From positions 11,222,001 through 11,286,000 of the forward strand of contig OZ176052.1 in NCBI GenBank assembly GCA_964247055.1: DNA of 64,000 nt, in the 5' to 3' direction. Shown here piece by piece: positions 13,174-27,629 of the stretch. The notes below the pieces were generated by a model. That model was not told the origin of the DNA and searched no databases. It saw only the letters and a list, made by a program, of their open reading frames with translations. The first letter of the stretch is position 1, and each line of letters opens with the position of its first letter. The position numbers were made by a program, and so were the translations under genes. The stretch is from Paragordius varius (Eukaryota; Animalia; Nematomorpha).

Positions 13174-14707
13174 CCATTTTTCATGCAAAAACATCATTTT
13201 TTCAAGCAAACGCACCATTTTTTTAAGCAAACGCAACATTTTTTCAAGCAAAGGCAACAATTTTTCAAGCAAATGCAACATTTTTTCAAGCAAAGACAAC
13301 ATTTTTTCAAGCAAACGCAACATTTTTTCAAGCAAACGCAACATTTTTTCAAGCAAACGCAACATTTTTTCATCCAAACGCAACATTTTTTCAACCAAAG
13401 ACAACATTTTTTCAAGCAAAAACAACACCTTTTTTAATATTACAAAGAATTACTATTTATTGTTAATTATAAATTATTTATTAAATTTTAAGTTAATGTA
13501 ATTTATTTTTAGCGTTGAATTATGATTTTTATCGTTTTATCATCAATATTTGATGGTAAAATGATTTTCAAACATTTTGAATTTGCCCATAAATTGCCTT
13601 ATTTATTTATATTAATTATATTTTTCCTTTACAATTTTTGTTTCGCCTAATCAAATTATTTAATTTGCACTTCAAGAGTGTCTTTGAAAGTTTAAAGTTG
13701 TCCTTCACTTCAAGTTGGTCCTTTGACTTTTTTGTTTTGTTTTTAACTTTTATTAATTAAATCGTAAATAATTTATCATTTTTATTGTTTTTAACCTATT
13801 TTCTATTATTTAACATAAATTTTAAATCGATATCATCTTTTAATCTTTGAGAAACCGTATATTAATTTCTCAAAATAATTTTAGATATTTATAACACGAA
13901 AAAAAATATATGAGTTTTCTGGGTTATTAAAAAATTTTCATTAAAAACATTAAAAGTTAATAATTTTGTTCAATTAAAAAAATATTTTGAAACAAAAAAG
14001 TGGTTTTTCAATAAAAATTTTTATTTTTAAATGGATAAATATATAATAAATAAAGAAAATTAGGTTAATAAATAATAATATATATTAAAAAATAAATGCA
14101 AAAATTAGGGTAAAACAAAATTTATATATTTTAAGGACCAACTTAAAGAGTTCAAGGACCAACTGGAAATGTTCAAGGACCAACTTGAAGTGTTCAAAGA
14201 CACTCTTGAAGTGCAAATTAAATAAATTGATTAGGCGAAACCAAAATTGTAAAAGAAAAATATAATTAATATAAATAAATAAGGCAATTTATGGGCAAAT
14301 TCAAAATGTTTGAAAATCATTTTACCATCAAATATTGATGATAAAACGATAAAAATCATAATTCAACGCTAAAAATAAATTACATTAACTTAAAATTTAA
14401 TAAATAATTTATAATTAACAATAAATAGTAATTCTTTGTAATATTAAAAAAGGTGTTGTTTTTGCTTGAAAAAATGTTGTCTTTGGTTGAAAAAATGTTG
14501 CGTTTGGATGAAAAAATGTTGCGTTTGCTTGAAAAAATGTTGCGTTTGCTTGAAAAAATGTTGCGTTTGCTTGAAAAAATGTTGTCTTTGCTTGAAAAAA
14601 TGTTGCATTTGCTTGAAAAATTGTTGCCTTTGCTTGAAAAAATGTTGCGTTTGCTTGAAAAAATGGTGCGTTTGCTTGAAAAAATGATGTTTTTGCATGA
14701 AAAATGG
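13174..14707. mobile_element. Foldback-type DNA transposon, 1534 bp, with ~515 bp near-perfect TIRs containing 21 bp tandem repeats
   Basis: TA|CCATTTTTCATGC ... GCATGAAAAATGG|TA. Arms at 13174-13688 and 14193-14707, each with about 12 copies of TTTTTTCAAGCAAACGCAACA. It replaces ~440 bp of the unit. Confidence 0.9.
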
Positions 14708-14956
14708 TATATAATAGTTCCATGATTAGAAGAAAACATAAACATAAAACTATGTGGATTATTTTGATTGGAAAAATGAGTGAGATTTCTGGTTAAAAAA
14801 CATTTATAAATATATTAACCAAAAATACAAGTTTTTGTAATTAGCTTAAAATTTTAGAATGGTCAAACTTCTTAATTTTAAAACTTGCATAAATAAAAAT
14901 AAAAAATGAGTTTTTTATATTTATTTAATTTTTATTACATATTTATAATTAATAAA

Positions 14957-15627
14957 TTATGGAAATGTCTTCCATATCATAGGACCCATATTCATATATT
15001 CGAATCTCCTTGCACCATTTTTCATCGGACTTTTAGTTTCTAAACTGGACACAAAAGTTGAATTGCATACTTTATCCATTTTTTGCTGAACACAAAACTT
15101 GATGGGATCTATATATTGATCAATTGAAAATACTTGTAATTGATTATTAAGACAGAATAGCTTTATATAATAAATTACCTTTTGTATTGCTGGGCCATAA
15201 TTCGCCGGATTCATTCAAGGAAAAGAAAAAAAAAATTCCTTTTTGGGAGATATTTTTTGAATTGGTGATAAAATTTCGACAGAATTCGTATTGTCTACCA
15301 CACTCTCTACACAGGATTCGGATTTTTTTGATATTTGCGACCAAGACACATTCACACTGAGACTATCAATGGCTGAATTTTCGACAGAAGTGTTTAGGTT
15401 GAAATGTAGATTGGAATCTAATAAATGAATGTGTATCAATACATATAAATTCCTTTTAGTTTAAAAAGTATAACAATATGAATACTAGATATTGAAAGGT
15501 GTTGATTGCCTTCAGACCCTGGTTTAAAACAAGAGAATCTGGAGAAAAGTGAAATAAAGCAATGAGAATTGCTTTTTCCACATTCAACATTTTTTGTGTG
15601 ATCTTTCCTTTTCCCAAACATTTTCAT
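14957..15627 (-). pseudogene. Array gene copy 3, 1 bp frameshift in exon 2
   Basis: At ~15226-15235 a run of 10 A replaces the 11-base AAAAAAGTAAA of other copies. The ORF track splits exon 2 into two frames. A homopolymer assembly error is possible. Confidence 0.6.
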
Positions 15628-18099
15628 AGTCAAAAGACGAGTTTTAGTTTATAGTTAGTTTTGATATTTGTATATGTTAAAGAATTTTAAATGATTAACC
15701 AAAATGATTGTTGTATAATATTGGTTGTTCTATTTTTTATTATAAAAATGGTATTTGACATAAAAAATTCTTTATGTTTTTGTTATTAACTGGGATTTCT
15801 TTTTTAGTTAATCATAATATATAGTTTATCATTCATAGTTACAGATATTTAGAGTCAATCTTGGATAAGAGGCGTTTTCAGTACTTATTTTATTAATTTA
15901 ATAATTAAAGTATGATATAAATAACAATCCATTTTTTATATAATCTATATATATTAGTATGAACAAGATCGCTTCCGTTTTAAAAAATTGGTTCCCATGA
16001 AAAGGAAACCGTTTTGATTCGGCTAAAGCCGACTTATATTTTTAAATTAGAGTTACTCTTTTTATGCGGTAAAGATATTGTGAAAAAGTTTTCAAATATT
16101 TTGTCATATATATTTAGCAAGCATAAAAATGGAAAATAACCTTATTTTGTGTGATAATTATTTGGGGTAAAAAGCATAACTACTATACTATACGGTAAAA
16201 GGCGCACAGGTTTAATGCTTATACCTGTCTGATTTCAATGCTAAATAGAACAAAAACACTATAGAAATTATAAATATCTCATTATAAAATAGAAGAAGGA
16301 CTATGTTTAAAAAACGCACAAAAAACTGTGTATCCCTCGCTATAAAGACTCAAATTGTATGAAAAGATATGGTCGTAATCTGCATCCTAACCTCTTAATT
16401 ATAATTTCTAATTAAATTATTTTTGTATTATATAACCAATTTTGATGTTTAGGGTTCCTAATTTTTAAATTATAATTGTTTGAAGTCATTTATATCCCCC
16501 AATAGAACTAGGTTGTGGTTATTTTTGAGAAGTTAAAAAATCAATTTTTTAATTAGAAATTATTAAATCGAATAGGTAGCATCATTGAAATTTAAAATTA
16601 CTGTTTATTAAACTTATTATGACGGGATTAGGGTCATACTCCACATTTTGGAAGAGGACTGCTATACAGAACACTTTACATATTAAAAAAAATCTTCAAC
16701 TGTTGATGACCGTTTTGAAGCCGTTTCTTAAACTAAAATCTATTTAAAAAAAATACAGTGTCAGATAGACATAAAATATTTAATAGTTGTAACCGATAAG
16801 ATGCAACATATATTTTTATAAATAACAGGCGTTAATTCTCAGAATTTTATGAAACAGTGATGATTGCTAAAAATATTTGCAAAGCGTTTTGTGAGCAAAC
16901 CAGCGACTATTAAATTTTCCAGGCAATAAGAAGAAAAACGAATCAATCCTTTGATTTTAAATTGCACTGACCAAAATTTATATACTATTTTACAAAAAAT
17001 TTGCCGTGTAATCAATTACTTATTATTAATTAGCTTATCTCTTTGTTTTAAAATATAATGGTTGCTAATTACCACGTTTGCTTAATTTAGATTTAGGTAA
17101 TCTAATTTTTTTTTAATATAATTATTTGTGAACTTTTTAATTGAGCAATCAAACTGGTAAATATAACATATTCCATTGCACAAAATAAAATTCCTGGAAT
17201 TCTTACGTAAAATTATAGTTAGTTAGTTCCCCAACAAATATTATATTTTCTATTTCGAAATATTTTTCATCACACTACACACAAAAAATCTATAAAATGA
17301 GAAAATAATAATAAAAACATATATTACAAATGTCATATTGTTTGTTTTTAAGAAGGGAAATATCTACGCATCCGCTGAACTCTTCGGACCTGGCGCCATC
17401 TGGTTAACATATCTTCGCGTCTATAAGAGACACTAATTTTAATGACATCGGGAAATAGCTTGACAAATGGTTTGTCTCATAAGACACTCTTTTTCTGGCA
17501 TTGCGCTCATATATTACCTGAGTGATGGGCGAAATGTGTAGAATCCGATAAATATTTTGAATAACATATGGTTCCTTTACTAATAAACCAGTAAAATCTT
17601 ATCACTAAACCTGATGGTATATGAAAGACAATGAGAAAAATGGTGACAAAGTTCGCCCGTCTCATTTTTAATGTCTACATGTTTAACATTTAAATAAATG
17701 TATCCTGTTTCCAATAAACGATTTTTTAATATCAATATCCCAAAAATAGACTAAATGACAGCAGGCTGTTACATTCAAAATAAACCAAGAGTTAATTAAA
17801 ATGCGATGATTTCAAAAATGTTGGTTAGTGCCTATTATTATAGTTCCATGAGTAGAAGAAAACATAAATAAAAACTATGTGGATTATTTTAATTGGAAAA
17901 ATGAGTCAGGCTTTCCGTTTTTATTTCTGGTTAAAAAAAATTTATAAATATATTTACCAAAAATACAAGTTTTTATAACTAGGTTAAAGTTTTAGAATGG
18001 TCAAACTTCTTAATTTAAAAACTTACATAAACAAAAATATAAAAAAACGCGAGTTTTTTATATTTATTTAATTTTTATTACATATTGATAATTAAGAAA

Positions 18100-18773
18100 T
18101 TATGGAAATGTCTTCCATATCATAGGACCCATATTCATATATTCGAATCTCCTCGCACCATTTTTCATCGGACTTTTAGTTTTTAAACTGGACACAAAAG
18201 TTGAATTGCATACTTTATCCATCTTTTGCAGACGACAAAACTTGATGGGATCTATATATTGATCAATTTAAAAATACTTGTAATTAATTATTAACATTGA
18301 ATAGCTTTATATAATAAATTACCTCGTGTGTCGCTGGGCCATAATTCGCCGGATTCATTCAAGGAAAAGAAAAAAGTAAATTCCTTTTTGGGAGTTATTT
18401 TTTGAATCGGTGATAAATTTTCGACAGCATTTGTATTGTCTACCATACTCTCTACAGAGGATTCGGATTTTTTTGAATTTTGCGACCAAGACATATTCAC
18501 ACTGAGACTATCAATGGCTGAATTTTCGACATCAGTGTTTAGGTTCAAATGATGATTGGAATCTAATAAATAAATGAATAAGTAATACATATAAATTTAT
18601 TTTAGTTTAAAAAGTAAAACAATATGAATACTGGATATTGAAAGGTGTTGATTGCTTTCAGACTCTGGTTTAAAACAAGAGAATCTTGAGAAAAGTGAAA
18701 TGAACCAATGATAATTGCGTTTTCCACACTCAACATTTTTTGTGTGATATTTCCTTTTCCCAAAGATTTTCAT
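18100..18773 (-). CDS. Array gene copy 4, intact
   Basis: All three exons are open and the splice sites are conserved. The second Met codon is mutated (ATC), which supports the first ATG (MKIFG) as the start. Confidence 0.75.
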
Positions 18774-21209
18774 AATCAAAAGACGATTAGTTTTAGAATA
18801 TAGTTAGTTTTGATAGTTGTATATGTTAAAAAATTTAAATGATTAACCAAAATGATTGTTGTATAATATTGGTTGTTCTATTTTTATTATATAAATGGTA
18901 TTTGACATAAAAATACTCCTTAAAACTTTTTATTATTAATTGAGATACTCTTTTTAAGTTAATCATAATATGAAGTTTATCATTCATATTTACAGATTGT
19001 TGTGTCAATCTAGGATAAGATGCGTTTTAGCAATGGTAATTTTATTAATTATTAAATTTAAGTTAGTTATTATGCTTCCGTTTTCAAAAATTTGGTTCTT
19101 ATGTAAAAAGGAAACCGTTTTGATTCGGTTTTTCCGAAATGTTGAGAGCACAAAAAAGCCGATACAGTTATATATTTAATTACAATTAAATCTCTTTTTA
19201 TTCGGTAAAGATATTGTAAAATAGTTTCATAAAATGATTATTAATTCAAATATTAAGCATAAAAATGGAAAATAAACTTATTTTGTGGGAAAATATTTGG
19301 GGTAAAATATATACCTACTATACTATACGGTAAAAGGTCCACAGATTTAATGCTTATACCTGTCTAATTTCAAAGCTAAATATAACAAAAACACTATAAA
19401 AACTATATTTTAAAAAAGAAGAAGGACCATTTTTAAAAAACGCACAAAAAACTGTGTTTCCCTCGCTATAATGACTCAAATTGTAGGGAAAGATATTGTC
19501 GTAAACTGCATCCTAACCTCTTACTTGGAATTTCAAATTATTTTTGTATTATATAACCAATTTTAATGTTTAGGGTTCCTAATTTTTAAATTATAATTGT
19601 TTAAAGTCAATTTATTTCCCCCAAAAGAACTAGGTTGTGGTTATTTTTGAGAAGTTAAAAATTTATCAATTTTTTATTTATAATTGTTAAATCAAATAGG
19701 TAGCATTATTTAAATTTAAAATTACTGTTTATTAAACTTATTATGATGGGATTGGGGTCATACTCCACTGTATTTTGGAACAGGGCTATACAGACCACTT
19801 AACATATTAAAAAAATCTTCCGTTTTAAAGCAGTTTCTTAAACTAAAATCCATTAAAAAAGATTCACGGTGTCAGATTTTACATTGAAAATAGGGGGAAG
19901 AGTTGTAACCGATAAGATACAACTATTTAACAAAGAACAGGTGTTAATTATCAGAATTTTAAGAAACAGTGATGATTGCTAAAATGATTAGTAAAGCGTT
20001 TTGTGAGCAAACCAGCATCTTAAATTAAATTTTCCAGGCAAGAATAAAAACGTATGAATCCGTTGTTTATAAATTGTACAGGCCAAAATTTATATACTAT
20101 TTTACAAAATATTTGTCGTTTAATCAATTAGTTATTAATTAGTTCACTTTGTTTAAAAATTTAATGGTTGCTAATAACTACGTTTGCTTAATCTAGATTT
20201 AGTTAATCTTTAATTTTTTCAATATAATTATTTGCTTTTTAATTGAGCAATCAAACTGGTAAATATATTTTGTTGCCCAAAAATAAAATTCCTGGAATTC
20301 TCTCATAAAATTCTAGTTAGTTAGTTCCCCCAACAAATATTATATTTTCTATTCCGCAATATTATATATATTTCGTTCATCACACTACAGACATTTCAAA
20401 AAAATGACAAAATAATAAAAAAAACATATATTACAAATGTCATATTGTTTGTTTTTAAGAAGGGAAATATCTACGCATGCGCTGAACTCTTCAACCTGGC
20501 GCCATCTGGTTAACATATCTTCGCGTCTATGGCAGACAGTAATTTTGATGACATCGGGAAATAGCTTGACAAATGGTTTGTCTTATAAGACACTGTGTTT
20601 TATGGCATTGCGCTCATATATTACTTGAGAGATGGGCGAAATGTGTAGAATCCGATAAAAATATTTTGAATAAAATAAATAAATGGTTCCATTACTTAAA
20701 AAACAAGTAAAAACTTATCACTAAACCTGGTATATGAAAGTCAATGAGAAAAATGGTGACAAAGTTCGCCCACCTCATTTTTAATAAACACATGTTTAAT
20801 ATTAAAATAAATCTATCCTGTTTCCAATAAACGATTTTTTCATATCAATATCCCAAAAATAGACTAAATGACAGCAGGCTTTTACCTTTAAAATAAACCA
20901 AGAGTTGATTAAATGCGATGATCACAAATATGTAGGTTACTGCCTTCTATTATAATTGTTCCATGATTAGAAGAAAACTTTAACTTAAAACTATGTGGAT
21001 TATTTTAATCGGAAAAATGAGTGAGGCTTTCAATTTTTATTTCTGGTTAAAATACAATTATAAATATTTTTACCACAAGTTTTTATAATTAGCTTAAAGT
21101 TTTAGAATGGTCAAACTTCTTAATTTTAAAACTTACATAAATAAAAATATAAAAAATAAAATATTTTTATATTTATTTAATTTTTTATTACATAAATATA
21201 ATTAATAAA

Positions 21210-21888
21210 TTATGGAAATGTCTTCCATATCATAAGACCCATATTCATATATTCGAATCTCCTCGCACCATTTTTCATCGGACTTTTAGTTTTTAAACTG
21301 GACACAAAAGTTGAATTGCATACTTTATCCATCTTTTGCAGACGACAAAACTTGATGGGATCTATATATTGATCAATTTAAAAAATACTTGTAATTGATT
21401 ATTAAACATAGAATAGCTTTATATAATAAATTACCTTTTGTATCACTGGGCCATAATTCGCCGGATTCATTCAAGGAAAAGAAAAAAGTAAATTCCTTTT
21501 TGGGAGATATTTTTTGGATCGGTGATAAATTTTCGACAACATTCGTATTGTCTACCACACTCTCTACAGAGGATTCGGATTTTTTTGAATTTTGCGACCA
21601 AGACATATTCACACTGAGACTATCAATGGCTCAATTTTCGACATCATTGTTTAGGTTCAAATATAGATTGGAATCTAATAAATAAATGAATGTGCATCAA
21701 TACATAATTCATTTTAGTTTAAAATAAAGTATAACAATATGAATACTAGATATTGAAAGATGTTGATTGCTTTCAGATTCTGGTTTAAAACAAGAGAATC
21801 TTGAGAAAAGTGAAATAAACCAATGATAATTGCGTTTTCCACACTCAACATTTTTTGTGTGATATTGCCTTTTCCCAAACATTTTCAT
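21210..21888 (-). pseudogene. Array gene copy 5, premature stop in exon 2
   Basis: Exon 2 reads GAA AAT TGA where other copies have GAA AAT TCA (~21631). Confidence 0.8.
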
Positions 21889-22987
21889 AGTCAAAAGACG
21901 AGTTTTAGTTTTAGAATATAGTTAGTTTTGATAGTTGTAAATGTTAAATAATTTTAAATGATTAACCAAAATGATTGTTGTATGATATTGGTTGTTCTAT
22001 TTTTATTATATAGTTTTGACATAAAAATACTCTTTAAAATTTTTTATTATGAATTGAGATTTCTTTTTAAGTTAATCATAATAATAAAGCTTAACATTCA
22101 TAGTTAAAAATTGTTAGTGTCAATCTTGGTAAAATAAATTTTAGTTAGATATGAGTATAAATCCATTTTTTATATTATCTATATATATTTTAAGTATGAA
22201 CATGATCGCTTCCATTTTCAAAAATTTGGTTACATGTAAAACGGGAACCGTATTGATTTTCCGAACTGTTAAAAATATAAAAAAGCGGATACAGTTATTT
22301 TTAAAATTACAATAAAAACTCTATTTATGCAGTAAAGATATTAAGAAAAAGTTTCATAAATAGTCATAATTATTAATTCAAGTCATGTATATGTAGCTAG
22401 TATAAAAATGGAAAATAACCTTTTTTTGTGTGTATTTGGGGTAAAAAGTATGTATACATATTATATTATACGGTAAAAGGCGCACGGGTTCAGTGCTTAT
22501 ACCTCTCTGATTTCATTGCTAAATATAACAAAAACACCATATAAAAACTTAAATATCCCATTTTAAAATAGAAGAAGGACCATTTTTTAAAAAGGCACAA
22601 AAAACTGTGTATCCCTCGCTATAATGACTCAAATTGTAGGAAAAGACATGGATCTGCATCCTAACCTAATGTGACCAGATAGGCTGTTTTTCGCAGTACA
22701 GTACTGGATTTTCAGAAAAAAACGGCGACTGTACTGCGCTCATTTTTGTACTGCTTTTTGAAATTAAAAAATATTTTTTTTAATATATTAATTACCTTTT
22801 ATTTATTTAAAAAAATTATTTTAGAATTTAATATAGTACCCTCTGTAAAAATAACCCCATCATATATAAAGAAATGGTTCATTTTGCGGTAAACAAAGAT
22901 TGCCTTTTTTTAATTGGTTAATATTTTATTTTTTGCTCGAATTATACATAAAATTGGGTTTTGGATCGGTCACTCCGCTTATTAGGA

Positions 22988-24461
22988 TAATGTGACCAGA
23001 TATTTTTAACTCGGACGCAGTACAAAATTAAAACATACTTTGCATGTTTTTACACCATCGGTGTTGTATTTTACAAAGTTTCCACAAAAAAATATTCTGA
23101 TGAAATGTATATTCTGATAGGAATATATCAGGATTATCATGGCGTTTTAACCTTTACGAGTTATTAAAGAAAATTATTTACACTTTTGTGGTAGGTGTTC
23201 CGTATAAAATTGCAAAAGGTGCGCAATTTTTTCATATATATTTTTTGGTGAAAGAAGTGTTTTATTTCAAAAAATATCACTAAAATATATAAAGCATATA
23301 TAAGAAACAAAACTATATTAAAATTTTTTAAATTGTTGGATGTGGGCTCTGAAAGTCCCAAATTTTTTGGCTTTTTTAAAATGGACTGTTCTCTCAAAGA
23401 AAACGCAATAATTCCGACATTTTGAACAATTTTAAATATAAGCTAAATTTTGATATCAACTAAAATATTTTTCAAAAACTTTCAAAAATTTATTTTTCAA
23501 AATTTTGTTGAAGCGTACTTCATACTATTTTCAGCATGATGGAAACGTAAACGGTTGAGATGTTATAAGACTTTATATATATATTTCGATAATGGTATAC
23601 GTTTTCCTCTCTCAGAATTATTGTGTTTTACAAATATTCACCAAAATTTCTTTAAATTACCTATAGTAATGTTCAACATCATCGAATTATTTAGAAAAAG
23701 GGTTTAATTATATATTATAGCGTTAAACCGTTTCCATCATTCGTCCAAAGTACGCTTCAACAAAGAATCTCAAATTTGTTTATGCAAAAAATAAGAAAAC
23801 TAATAAAAATTAAAGTTTAGGAAAAACATTAAGAAATATCATACCTCCCACCTAATCAGTATAGAAAACGTAAAAAATTCAATTTTTTAATGCGAAAACA
23901 TATGCCATATATAATAAATTTTGAATAATATGTTACGGGAATACAATTTTCTATATAATTTCCCATTTGATAATTTTAACAAAAAATGAACTTTCTCAAC
24001 CTGATCAAAAATTTATTATATCATAAATTAATTTTATATTAAATTTTGAGGCCTCTTTTTGCGGAGGCCCTGAGTGAAAAATCCTTTAGCCTCAATCTTA
24101 CGGTGGAATGGGAGATTTATAGTTTCGCCACTGCACGAAAAGCTGCAATCTTTAGCGGTTTGACCGATCCAAAATCCAATATGTATAATTCGAGCAGAAA
24201 ATAAAATATTAACCAATTAAATAGACCAATCTTAGTTTTTACCGTAAAATGAACCATTTCTTTACAAATTATGGGGTTATTTTTACAGAGGGTACTATAT
24301 TAAATTCTAAAATAATTTATTTCAAATAAAAGGTAATTAATATATTAAAAAAAATATTTTTTAATTTCAAAAAGCAGTACAAAAATGAGCGCAGTACAGT
24401 CGCCGTTTTTTTCTGAAAACCCAGTACTGTACTGCGAAAAACAGCCTATCTGGTCACATTA
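22988..24461 (-). mobile_element. Same-family hAT element (inner, E2) inserted in inverted orientation inside E1
   Basis: Same TIRs, with an 8 bp TSD TATTAGGA / TGTTAGGA. Its reverse complement aligns along E1. Confidence 0.85.
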
Positions 24462-25039
24462 TGTTAGGATTGCACCCTTTGGCGCAGTGGCGAAACTTTA
24501 AATCTCCGACTCCACCGTAGGATTCAGGCTAATGGCTCTTTCACTCAGGACTTCCGCAAAAAGAGGCTTCAGAATATCATAAATTAACAAAATAATTTAT
24601 TTTAATAAATGTTTGATTAAGTTTAGAAAGGTTATTTGTTAAATTATCAAACGGTAGATTATATAAAAAATTATATTCCCATAACATATTATTTAAAATT
24701 TATTATACATGTTAATAGTTTTTACGTTTTCTATGCTCATAGGTAGGAGATATTATTTCTTGTTTTTTCTTTAACTTTGATTTTTATTAGTTTTCAATTT
24801 TTTTTGAATAAACAAATTTGAGATATTTTTTTAAAGCGTACTGTAAACTATTTTATAGCATAATCGGAAACAGTATAACGCTTTAAAATATAATAAAACC
24901 CTTTTTCTAAATAATTCGATGATTTTGAACATTATTATTGGTTGAGAATTTTAATTTGGTTTGTTTGCTTTCAAATTTTGGTGAATTTTTGTAAAAAACA
25001 CAATAATTCTGAGTGATAAAAATGTTTAAAATTATCGAA

Positions 25040-25600
25040 TCTATATATTTATAAAAATGGAAAATGCTGGCTTTGTGATCTCTTTCCGGAAAACCGGGAG
25101 ACCCATTCAAATCCAAATATCGAAAAAATATAATTATTAATGGGTGTCCCGACAATATCTTCGCCCTTTTTTGAATTAGGCCTCCAGTTCGGGCCCACCC
25201 CGTGTAAAAAAAGGGTTTTTTTGAAAACAGAAGTCCACAAAAATCTTTTCTTTGAGACAATTTTCCGGAGAACGTGTTGGATCATTTAATTTCAAATATA
25301 ATTTTTGTTTAGTTATTTTCGATTGCGCCGAACATATTCGGCTCGCTTTTTTAATTAGGCCCTCTTTTTACCCGCTCCCCCGTAAATTGCCATTTTTTTC
25401 AAAAAACAAAGTCCACAAAAATAATTTTTTAAATCTATTTTCCCCCCAAGTAAACAATAAATTGGTATGAATGCACCGTTTTAAAATTCCTATGAAATCA
25501 TAGCTAATAGATAATGTTTTGTTTTATTGTCGCTCCCCCCCCAGCCCCAGAAGTCCGAAGAACTTCCTCGGGCTGCGTAGCAGCACGAGATTTACGCTAG
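25040..25600 (+). mobile_element. Non-autonomous Helitron nested in E1
   Basis: 5' A|TCTATATATTTATAAAAATGG; 3' hairpin CTCGGGCTGC-GTA-GCAGCACGAG (25567-25589) followed by CTAG|T at 25597-25601. No TSD. Absent from the homologous position of E2. Confidence 0.85.
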
Positions 25601-27629
25601 TTATATATATAAATGGTTTAACTTAACCGTTTATATCGTTTCCATCATGGACAAAATAGTATGAAGTACGCTTTACAAAATTTTGCTAAAAATTGAATTT
25701 TGATAGTATGCATTTTTTAAAAATATATTTAGTCGATATCACAATATAGCATATATTTAAAATTATTGAACAATGGAGAACAGTCCATTTTAAAAGAGGC
25801 AAACAGTTTGGGACTTTTAGGGCCTACATCTAAAAATTTGAACAAAAGGCACCATGATAATCCTGATATTTTCCTATCAGAATAAATATATTTCATCTGT
25901 ATATTTTTTTATGGAAATTGTGTAATATACCACACCGATGTAAAAACAAACCAAGTATATTTTAATTTTGTACTGCGTCACAGTTTAAAATATCTGGTCA
26001 CATTATCCTAACCTCTTTATTTGAATTTCTAAATTAAATTTTTTTTGTATTTATAACCAATTTTAATGTTTAGGATTCCTAATTTTTAAATTATAATTGA
26101 TTGAAGTCATTTAATTTCCAAAAGAACTAGGTTGTGGTTCTTTTTAAGAACTAAAAATTAACAATTTTCTATTAGATGTTGTTCAATCGAATAGGTATCT
26201 ATTTAAGTTTAAGATTACTGTTTATTAAACTTATTATGGGGTTAGGTCATCCTATATTGTATTTTGGAACACGACTGCTATACAGTCCACTTTACATATA
26301 AAAGAATCTTGAACTGATCTTTTGATAACAGTTTTGAAGCCGTTTCTTAAATCCATTTAAACCAATTCACAGTGTCAGATTTTACATTGAGAATAGGATA
26401 GGGGGAAATAATTAAGAGTTTTAACTGCTAAGATACAACATACTTAATAACAGGTGTTAATTCTCAGAATTTTAAGAAAAAATGATGATTGCTAAAATGA
26501 TTTGTAAAGCGTTTGTGAGCAAACCAGAAACTTTATGAATCCGTTGGTATTTATTTTTTTACAAAAAATTTGTCGTGTAATCAATTACTTATTATTAATA
26601 ATTGGTTAGTTTATCTCTTTGTTTAAAAATATAATGATTGCTAATTACTACGTTTGCTTAGATTAATGTAGATTTAGTTAATCATTAATTTTTTCAATAT
26701 AATTATTTGTGGACTTATAATTGAATCAAACTGGTAAATATAACATTTTCCGTTGCATAAAAATTAAATTCCTGGAATTCTTACATAAAATTATAGTTAG
26801 TTAGTTCCCTAACAAATATTATATTTTCTATTCAGCAATATTATATATATTTATTTCATCACACAACACACATTTCAAATCTATAAAATGACAAAATAAT
26901 AATAAAAACATAGATTACAAATATCATATTGTTTGTTTTTAAAAAGGGAATATCTACGCATTCGCTGAACTCTTCGGACCTGGCGCCATCTGGTTAACAT
27001 ATCTTCGCGTTTATGGGAGACACTAATTTTGAGGACATCGGGAAATAGCTTGACAAATGGTTTGTTTTATAAGACACTCTTTTTTCTGGCATTGCGCTCA
27101 TATATTACCTGAGATATCGGCGAAATGTGTAGAATCGTATAAAAAATGTTTTGTATAAAATAAATAAATTGTTCCATTACTAACGAACCAGTAAAAACTT
27201 AACACACACATGTTTAACATTTAAATAAATATATTGTTTCCAATAAACGGTTTTTTCATATCAATATCCCTTTAAAAATAGACTGAATGACAGCAGGCTG
27301 TTACATTTAAAAGAAACCAAGAGTTGATTAAAATGCGATGATCACAAATATGTAGGTTACTGCCTTCTATTATAATTGTTCCATGATTAGAAGAAAACTT
27401 TAACTTAAAACTATGTGGATTATTTTAATCGGAAAAATGAGTGAGGCTTTCAATTTTTATTTCTGGTTAAAATACAATTATAAATATTTTTACCACAAGT
27501 TTTTATAATTAGCTTAAAGTTTTAGAATGGTCAAACTTCTTAATTTTAAAACTTACATAAATAAAAATATAAAAAATAAAATATTTTTATATTTATTTAA
27601 TTTTTTATTACATAAATATAATTAATAAA

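Larger units (their letters stand above)
22667..26005 (+). mobile_element. Non-autonomous hAT element (outer, E1) carrying two nested insertions
   Basis: TIR TAATGTGACCAGATA / TATCTGGTCACATTA with a perfect 8 bp TSD TCCTAACC (22659-22666 and 26006-26013). Confidence 0.9.

Noticed and set aside
13108-14745. ORFs such as MLRLLEK-repeat, KKCCVCL-repeat and KQTQHFF-repeat proteins
   Set aside because: They come from the stop-free 21 bp repeat in the foldback TIRs and are mirrored on both strands, so they are not genes.
24907-25470. ORFs at 24907-25260, 25049-25285 and 25252-25470
   Set aside because: They span the Helitron and hAT junction and have no RepHel or transposase motifs, so they are chance ORFs.
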